The notes below the pieces were generated by a model. It saw only the letters and a program-made list of their open reading frames with translations, was not told the origin of the DNA and did no database searches. From assembly GCA_964407235.1 (NCBI GenBank), contig CAYOUW010000003.1:1-51965 (forward strand): a stretch of 51,965 bases of DNA. Reading direction: 5' to 3'. Positions within the stretch are counted from its first letter, which is position 1; each line of letters opens with the position of its first letter. A program made the position numbers and the translations under genes. Positions 46,268-51,965 of the stretch are shown piece after piece. Source of the stretch: an uncultured Zetaproteobacteria bacterium. Its GTDB lineage: Bacteria; Pseudomonadota; Zetaproteobacteria; Mariprofundales; Mariprofundaceae.

Positions 46268-47594
46268 TTCCGGTTATGTCCTGTTCGGCATGAATCCCGT
46301 CTGGATCGCGGTTGCCATATTGCTTGTGGTTTATACCGCTATCATGCTTGAACAATTCAACCGGGCCGTTTTGTCGTTGTTGGGAGCAGGGCTGATGATT
46401 CTCTCCGGCGTGCTGACGCAGGAGGCAGCGGTTGACGGCATTGATTTTAATACCATTGGGCTGCTGACGGGCATGATGGTGATTGTGGCCATCAGCCAGA
46501 AGACCGGCATGTTTCAGTATGTGGCGATTAAATCAGCCAAACTGGTGCGGGGGCGCCCATGGGGTATCCTTGTGATGCTCTCGGTGGTGACCGCGGTATT
46601 TTCGGCATTTCTGGACAATGTAACCACGGTATTGCTGATCGCGCCGGTCACGTTGCTGATTACCGATGCGCTGGGCGTGAAACCCTATCCCTTTCTGTTT
46701 TCCCAGATTCTGGCTTCCAATATTGGCGGAACATCCACGCTGATCGGCGATCCGCCCAATATCATGATTGGCTCGCAGGCGCATCTGAGTTTCTATGATT
46801 TCCTTGCCAATCTGGCGCCAATTATCCCGTTGATCATGCTGGTTACGCTGTTGATGATCTGGCTTCTGTTCGGGCGGGGGTTGCATGCCTCGGAAGAGGC
46901 GCAACGGCTCATCATGGAATTTAATGAACGTGAGGCCATTAAGGATGTCCCCCTGCTCAAAAAGAGCCTGTTCGTGCTGGGTCTGGTCATCACGGGATTT
47001 ACATGTGCGCACAGTCTGCATCTGGAGCCGGCCACGATCGCCCTGTTTGGCGCCGCTCTGTTATTGCTGCTGGAGTCATGGAAGCATAATCTGCATGCCA
47101 AAGATAAAGCTTTCGAGACGATTATGGCCGAGGTGGAGTGGACCACAATTTTCTTCTTCGTCGGTTTGTTCATTATTGTAACGGGCGTGGAACATGTGGG
47201 CGTGATCGCCTGGATGGCGAAAAAGACGCTGGCGTTCACGGGTGGAGACTTTAATGCAACCGCCGCCGCAATCCTGTGGATTTCCGCCATCGCCTCCGCT
47301 GTCATCGATAATATTCCCTTTGTCGCCACCATGATTCCGTTAATTCAGAATATGGCGCCGACATTTGGCGGCGATCAGATGATTGTGCCGTTGTGGTGGG
47401 CTCTGGCTTTGGGCGCATGCCTGGGCGGTAATGGTTCGCTGATTGGGGCTTCCGCCAATCTGATTGTGGCGGGGTTCGCGCAGAGGGCGGGGCATCCCAT
47501 TGGATTTTTTCAGTTCACCCGGCATGCATTTTTCATGATGCTGGTTAGTATCGCTATCGCCCACGCCTACTTGTATGTACGCTATCTTCAGTGA
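46260..47594 (+). CDS. ArsB/NhaD-superfamily (CitMHS/SLC13-like) anion or ion permease
   Basis: About 12 TM helices; FLDNVTTVLLIAPV and GGTSTLIGDPPNIMI motifs typical of the ArsB/NhaD permease superfamily. Overlaps the CBS gene 3' end. Confidence 0.75.
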   Translation: MHNSGYVLFGMNPVWIAVAILLVVYTAIMLEQFNRAVLSLLGAGLMILSGVLTQEAAVDGIDFNTIGLLTGMMVIVAISQKTGMFQYVAIKSAKLVRGRPWGILVMLSVVTAVFSAFLDNVTTVLLIAPVTLLITDALGVKPYPFLFSQILASNIGGTSTLIGDPPNIMIGSQAHLSFYDFLANLAPIIPLIMLVTLLMIWLLFGRGLHASEEAQRLIMEFNEREAIKDVPLLKKSLFVLGLVITGFTCAHSLHLEPATIALFGAALLLLLESWKHNLHAKDKAFETIMAEVEWTTIFFFVGLFIIVTGVEHVGVIAWMAKKTLAFTGGDFNATAAAILWISAIASAVIDNIPFVATMIPLIQNMAPTFGGDQMIVPLWWALALGACLGGNGSLIGASANLIVAGFAQRAGHPIGFFQFTRHAFFMMLVSIAIAHAYLYVRYLQ

Positions 47595-47606
47595 AGGTGT
47601 TGCCCG

Positions 47607-48842
47607 ATGCGATATGAATTGATGCTGGCCACGCGTTATTTGCGTTCAAAACGGGATGAACGTTTCGTTTCCCTGATTAGCTGGAGCTCGGGGGTTGGCG
47701 TGGCGATTGGCGTGGCGGCCCTGATCGTTGTTCTTTCGGTCATGTATGGGTTTGATGTGGAATTGAAGGATCGGATATTGGGTTTTTCTTCGCATGTGGA
47801 TATCCAGGGGCCGGGCGATACGCTGGGACCATGGCCGGAGTGGTTGCAAAAGGTGGAGAAAATCCCGGGGGTGGCTCGTGCCGCGCCTTATATTTCGGTT
47901 CCGGTGATGGCTGCGCATGGTTCGCTGGCAGCGGGCGTGATACTGAAGGGAGTGGACGTAAGCCGTGAACAGGATATCGCCCAACATATGGTATTGGGTA
48001 ATTTCAATGATTTGAGTAAAGGCAATCCCTTCAAGGTGGTCGTGGGCAAGGATCTGGCGCACAAGCTGGGGCTGCGGATGGGAGACAACGTGAACGTGGT
48101 GTCGCCTACAGCGGGAATTGCGCCTTCCGGTATGACCCCGCGCATGCGTTCCTTTAAGGTGGTCGGCATCTTCAGCTCCGGCTTTTACGAATATGATATA
48201 GGTCTGATGATCGCCCCCATGGAAGCGGTGCAAAGGCTTAACCGCCTGGGAAACAGGGTCACGGGCATCGAACTGCATCTTCATGACCGGAATCAGGCAC
48301 GGACGGTTGCGAATGAGGTGCGTCGACTGTTGCCTCCTGACGCATGGGTCAAAGACTGGATGCAACAGCATCGTTCGTTCTTCCGGGCGCTGGAGATGGA
48401 ACGCGTGGTGATGGGTATTATACTGTCGTTGATTGTGCTGGTCGCGGTGTTCAATATGGTGGCCTCCCTGGTCATGGTGGTCATGGAACGAAGAAAGGAA
48501 ATCGCGATTCTCAAGACCATTGGCGCCACCGATACTTCGGTGATGAAGGTGTTTTTGTTCATGGGAGCAATCCTGACCGGAGCGGGCACATTGTTTGGCG
48601 CGTTGTTCGGCCTGTTGCTGGCGTGGAAGCTGGGTGCGATTCTTGCGTGGTTCCAGGACGTAACGGGCGTGACAATCCTTGCCAGTGACGTATATTATAT
48701 CGACCATGTTCCCTCCATTATTGATCCGGTTGGCGTCAGTCTGGTTGTGGTGGCAAGCCTTGCTATGGGATTGGCGGCAACGCTATATCCGGCATGGCGC
48801 GCCGCGCATGTGCCGCCGGCGGATGCACTGCGTTATGAATGA
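47607..48842 (+). CDS. Lipoprotein-releasing ABC transporter permease (LolC/LolE/LolF type)
   Basis: MRYELMLATRYLRSKRDERFVSLISWSSGVGVAIGVAALIVVLSVM; MacB-like periplasmic domain; C-terminal FtsX domain (ILKTIGAT). It is the only permease gene at this locus. Confidence 0.85.
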   Translation: MRYELMLATRYLRSKRDERFVSLISWSSGVGVAIGVAALIVVLSVMYGFDVELKDRILGFSSHVDIQGPGDTLGPWPEWLQKVEKIPGVARAAPYISVPVMAAHGSLAAGVILKGVDVSREQDIAQHMVLGNFNDLSKGNPFKVVVGKDLAHKLGLRMGDNVNVVSPTAGIAPSGMTPRMRSFKVVGIFSSGFYEYDIGLMIAPMEAVQRLNRLGNRVTGIELHLHDRNQARTVANEVRRLLPPDAWVKDWMQQHRSFFRALEMERVVMGIILSLIVLVAVFNMVASLVMVVMERRKEIAILKTIGATDTSVMKVFLFMGAILTGAGTLFGALFGLLLAWKLGAILAWFQDVTGVTILASDVYYIDHVPSIIDPVGVSLVVVASLAMGLAATLYPAWRAAHVPPADALRYE

Positions 48843-48875
48843 TGAATAATCCTGGTGTGATAAATCGAGGGTTGA

Positions 48876-50096
48876 ATGGCGAATGAGAAGCTGAGGAGCA
48901 AGGCAAAACGGGCTTTACTGGATGGAAAATACAAGAAGGCGCTGGAGTTTTTTGACGAACTGCACAAGCTTGAGCCGGGTGACCTGCGCATTCACGTCAA
49001 GCGTGCCGAATTGCGCGAGAAAACCGGCGATATCGAAAACGCAGTCGCGGACTATATCCGTATTGCCGGAATTTATGCCGAACAGGGGTTTGTGGTGCAG
49101 GCGATTGCGATCAACAAAATTGTTCTTCGGCTTGATCCGGATCGGACGGAGATCAGGGAACGCCTGAAGACGCTCTCCAGCGAGCGTGGAGATGGCTGGG
49201 CGATTAGTACCAAGACGCCGCAGGATCAAATGCAGGCGCCCGGCATCAGTGGTAAAGACCGCGCCAAGTTGAGTCTCGAACGAACGCCTCTGCTCTCGGG
49301 CCTGTCTGGCGATGAGCTGGATGCATTTATTGATTCCTTGCAATTACGGCATGTGGATGCGGAAGAGCCTGTTTTTCGGGAAGGCGCCAGTGGTAACTAC
49401 CTGTATTTGATCGGTATGGGCAGTGTGCTGTTGCGCGCCAGGGATTCTCAGGGCCGTCAACGGGTATTTTCACATCTGCGTGAAGGTGATTTCTTCGGCG
49501 AATATGCTTTCATGTCCCGTGTGTCGCATTCGGATGAGGCGATAGCTGAAACGGATTGCAGTTTGTTGATGATTGACCGGGTTATGTTCGACGAATGGGT
49601 GGAGAAGTATCCCGGCATCCGGTCAACCGTTGAAGAGTTCTACCGTCAGGGGGTGCTGGCCAGGGTGCTGGCGATTACGCCGGTGTTCGAAGGCGTGCCA
49701 CCGGATGCACGGCTGGCCCTGGCCGATCATTTTCAGCTACGGAATTTCGAGAAGGGCGAGACGATCGTGCGCGAGGGCGAGACGGGCAATACCTTTTATC
49801 TGATTCGATCAGGTTCCGTGGATGTGTCCACCAGCAGTATGGGAAAGGATGGGGATCAGGTTGCTTTGGGAAAAATGGGCGAAGGCGATTTTTTTGGTGA
49901 GGTGGCATTGCTGACGGACAAGCCGCGCACGGCGACTGTCGTGGCATGTGAGAAAGCCGAACTTATGGAGTTGGCAAGGTCGGATTTTGACGAAATTACT
50001 AACAAGTTTCCATCCGTGCGCAAAATTGTTGAGGCTTACCAGAGACAACGGGTTCAGAATACCATCAAGATTCTTTTCAACCGGAAACCCGGTTAG
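48876..50096 (+). CDS. TPR-like N-terminal domain + two tandem cyclic-nucleotide-binding (CAP_ED) domains, no output domain
   Basis: Second CNB has an intact phosphate-binding cassette GDFFGEVALLTDKPRTATVVA. The first is degenerate (GDFFGEYAFMSRVSHSDEAIA). The N-terminal ~100 aa are TPR-like helices. Confidence 0.8.
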   Translation: MANEKLRSKAKRALLDGKYKKALEFFDELHKLEPGDLRIHVKRAELREKTGDIENAVADYIRIAGIYAEQGFVVQAIAINKIVLRLDPDRTEIRERLKTLSSERGDGWAISTKTPQDQMQAPGISGKDRAKLSLERTPLLSGLSGDELDAFIDSLQLRHVDAEEPVFREGASGNYLYLIGMGSVLLRARDSQGRQRVFSHLREGDFFGEYAFMSRVSHSDEAIAETDCSLLMIDRVMFDEWVEKYPGIRSTVEEFYRQGVLARVLAITPVFEGVPPDARLALADHFQLRNFEKGETIVREGETGNTFYLIRSGSVDVSTSSMGKDGDQVALGKMGEGDFFGEVALLTDKPRTATVVACEKAELMELARSDFDEITNKFPSVRKIVEAYQRQRVQNTIKILFNRKPG

Positions 50097-50120
50097 CTCT
50101 GCCCTTTCATGTCACAGAAC
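50093..50120 (+). repeat. Partial copy of repeat family 2 (10-nt internal deletion) spanning a stop/start junction
   Basis: TTAGCTCTGCCCTTT-CATGTCACAGAAC vs the element end TTAACCCTGCCCTTTacccataagtCATGTCACAGAAC. Contains the TAG stop of the cNMP gene and the ATG plus the first 4 codons of lolD. Confidence 0.65.
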
Positions 50121-50804
50121 GTTTCAGGCGCTTCACTGCTCGAAGTATCCGGGCTATACAAGTCGTTTGCTTCTCCTGCTGGCGCGATCAAGGTACTGAT
50201 CGGGGTTGACTTGCATGTAGCTCAGCGTGAATTCGTGGCGGTGGTAGGGCAATCCGGCTCCGGCAAAAGTACGCTGCTGCATGTTCTGGGAACATTAGAA
50301 CCCGCGGATCAGGGAGAAGTGTGGCTGGAGGGCGAACCCCTGTTTGTCTTGTCTTCAAGACAAATGGCCCATATCCGGAACGAAAAAATCGGCTTTGTCT
50401 ATCAATCCCACCATCTTATTCCGGAACTGAATGCGCTGGAGAATGTAATGTTGCCACTTCTGGTCCGGGGCGAGAATCGTAAGGATGCAAAATTACGTTC
50501 CATGGATTTGCTTGAACGCCTGGGTCTGGCGAACCGTGCGGAGCACCGGCCAGGAAAATTGTCCGGTGGCGAAGCGCAACGGGTGGCCGTGGCCCGCAGT
50601 CTGGTAGGCAATCCCTGCCTCCTGCTGGTGGACGAACCCACCGGAAATCTGGATGAGCATACAGCGGGAGGGGTATTTAATGCCATGCAGCGGTTATGCC
50701 GGGAAGAGAACGCGGCCGTGATTATGGTGACTCACAGCAGTAATCTGGCGCAAACTTGCGATCGTGTGTTGCACTTACACGAGGGAAAACTATCGGAGGA
50801 TTAG
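50109..50804 (+). CDS. lolD: Lipoprotein-releasing ABC transporter ATP-binding protein LolD
   Basis: Walker A GQSGSGKSTLLH; LolD-type Q-loop region FVYQSHHLIPELNALENV; signature LSGGEAQRVAVARSL; Walker B LLLVDEPTGNLD. Confidence 0.9.
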   Translation: MSQNVSGASLLEVSGLYKSFASPAGAIKVLIGVDLHVAQREFVAVVGQSGSGKSTLLHVLGTLEPADQGEVWLEGEPLFVLSSRQMAHIRNEKIGFVYQSHHLIPELNALENVMLPLLVRGENRKDAKLRSMDLLERLGLANRAEHRPGKLSGGEAQRVAVARSLVGNPCLLLVDEPTGNLDEHTAGGVFNAMQRLCREENAAVIMVTHSSNLAQTCDRVLHLHEGKLSED

Positions 50805-50814
50805 TCCGGCCGAC

Positions 50815-51201
50815 TTATTTCATCTGCTGAATGAGTTCGATCCTGTAGCCATCGGGATCTTCCACAAAAGCGATCACGGTGTTGCCGTGTTTCATCGGGC
50901 CGGGCTCGCGGATGATTTTGCCACCGACCGCTTTGATATTTTCACACATTTTGTCAATGTCAGCCACACCGATGGCGATATGGCCGAAGCCGTCGCCCGG
51001 ATTGTAAGAAGTGATATCCCAGTTGTGCGTCAGTTCAATAACCGCGGTCTCGGATTCATTACCGTAGCCGACAAAAGCCAGAGTAAATTTTCCACCGGGA
51101 TAATCCTTTCTGCGTAACAGACGCATACCGAGGACATCGGTGTAAAATTTCAGAGATCGTTCCAGATCGCCAACCCGCAACATGGTGTGCAATATCTTCA
51201 T
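50815..51201 (-). CDS. gloA: Lactoylglutathione lyase (glyoxalase I)
   Basis: [47 protein letters not shown]...ELTHNW...GHIAIGV... Confidence 0.9.
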   Translation of the reverse strand: MKILHTMLRVGDLERSLKFYTDVLGMRLLRRKDYPGGKFTLAFVGYGNESETAVIELTHNWDITSYNPGDGFGHIAIGVADIDKMCENIKAVGGKIIREPGPMKHGNTVIAFVEDPDGYRIELIQQMK

Positions 51202-51426
51202 GGCTGCCCCCTGCGCCTCATTCTGGTGTGCTGGTTCAGCGGGAATTGGACAAACGCCTGTTTGAAGCGGGTGCCAGGCTTCGGTATTGTGGTATTCTTA
51301 TCGTAGTTCAAAACACAAGTGTCCGTCCGTGCCGCATGCATATTTCCCCAGGGTATTGTTTATCGAATGAGGTAATTGCAAAACACCCCAAACATACTGA
51401 ATTAACGCCGATTATGGCGTGAAGCA

Positions 51427-51481
51427 AATCTCCCTTTCTGGTAAGATAAGGTCCACCAAGACACAAACCGGAAGGGAGATT
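51427..51481 (+). promoter_or_regulatory. Hairpin sequestering the Shine-Dalgarno of the transposase fragment
   Basis: AATCTCCCTT (51427-51436) pairs with AAGGGAGATT (51472-51481). The right arm contains GGGAG 8 nt upstream of ATG 51486. Confidence 0.45.
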
Positions 51482-51485
51482 GCTG

Positions 51486-51728
51486 ATGAGCCGACTACAT
51501 GAGGGATTATCGCAAACATGGCTGAGAATTCAAGGATCTCTGTTTCCGTGGTTGCAAGAAGAACTGGGGCCATTGAGCGAGAAGCAACAACAATTGATTA
51601 CGATACTTGAGGTTATTCGGATTGAGAAGCATCTACGCAGCCATGCTGGCATGCCTGGTCGGCCGCCCAGTGATCGCTGTTACGTTCCGCGCTATATCAG
51701 TCATATTGTATCGACCTGTTTCAGGTGA
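51486..51728 (+). pseudogene. Truncated IS4/IS5-superfamily (DDE) transposase N-terminal fragment
   Basis: MSRLHEGLSQTWLRIQGSLFPWLQEELGPLSEKQQQLITILEVIRIEKHL...GRPPSDR resembles, from memory, the N-termini of DDE_Tnp_1-type transposases. The reading frame ends after ~80 aa with no DDE domain. Confidence 0.55.
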
Positions 51729-51910
51729 AACAAAGCGAGTTATCCCACTCTAAGTCAGGTTTTTCTTTCCCCTGATTTAGCATGGGATAATGGCATTGTC
51801 GCTGATTATGTTGATTCTGGCGGGTAACCGGGCTTGTCGTCTATGCGCTCATTCATTGCATCGTGGTAACGGCGGATTCGCCCATAGTAAGTATTGTCGA
51901 AGGTGCTGGA

Positions 51911-51925
51911 TAGCCCTGCCCTTTA
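51911..51925 (+). repeat. Short partial copy of the repeat family 2 terminus
   Basis: TAGCCCTGCCCTTTA matches the first 15 nt of the family 2 ends (TAGCTCTGCCCTTTA / TAACCCTGCCCTTTA). Confidence 0.4.
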
Positions 51926-51965
51926 GCTTGAAATAAAACGGGACAGTAGAGCACCCATCATTTAG

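Noticed and set aside
51228-51422. 64-aa ORF between gloA and the transposase fragment.
   Set aside because: It has no RBS, no similarity and an odd composition. It lies in the probable gloA promoter / IS-end region.

Overview
This ~52 kb chromosomal window comes from a proteobacterium. The order tRNA-Lys/tRNA-Leu, tig, clpP, clpX, lon, hupB, tRNA-Val, tRNA-Asp and the mid-50s %GC (by eye) suggest a beta- or gammaproteobacterium; the exact taxon needs a database search. About two thirds is housekeeping:
- proteostasis: tig, clpPX, lon
- translation and nucleotide metabolism: prfC, lysS, mnmA, ndk, six tRNAs
- ubiquinone hydroxylases
- Lol lipoprotein sorting
- an ABC-2/GldG/DUF4340 exporter next to an AsmA-like protein
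- a DinG-type helicase and gloA

The standout is the left third (about 1.9-17.2 kb). Molybdenum-cofactor supply genes (split ModE, mog-like, moaA, mop, modA, mobB) are followed by a dedicated two-component system. Next comes a tightly coupled 8-gene operon encoding:
- a Tat-exported molybdopterin oxidoreductase of NasA/NarB-like sequence type
- a class-I-like dihaem cytochrome c
- NapG-, NapH- and NapF-like Fe-S proteins
- a second large CcoG/NosR/NapH-like membrane Fe-S protein with a His-leading FixH/YtkA-like periplasmic partner
- a eukaryote-type protein arginine methyltransferase (PRMT) core fused to a SEC-C motif, which is the most unusual member

No napB, napC or napD is present. I regard this as an uncharacterised periplasmic oxyanion-type redox system with unknown substrate.

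The window also carries two families of non-autonomous repeat elements. The first is a 160-bp MITE with 17-bp perfect terminal inverted repeats (TIRs) and 4-bp target duplications, present as two inverted copies 24 kb apart. The second is one full 280-bp highly structured TIR element plus solo ends, which supply or abut the stop codons of moaA and a cNMP-binding gene and supply the start codon of lolD.

Other observations:
- a fructosamine-kinase-family gene broken by a 7-bp tandem duplication
- a truncated IS transposase
- a tandem cNMP-binding protein inserted between lolC/F and lolD
- several candidate regulatory RNA or DNA structures

No rRNA, CRISPR, prophage or recognisable defence system was seen.
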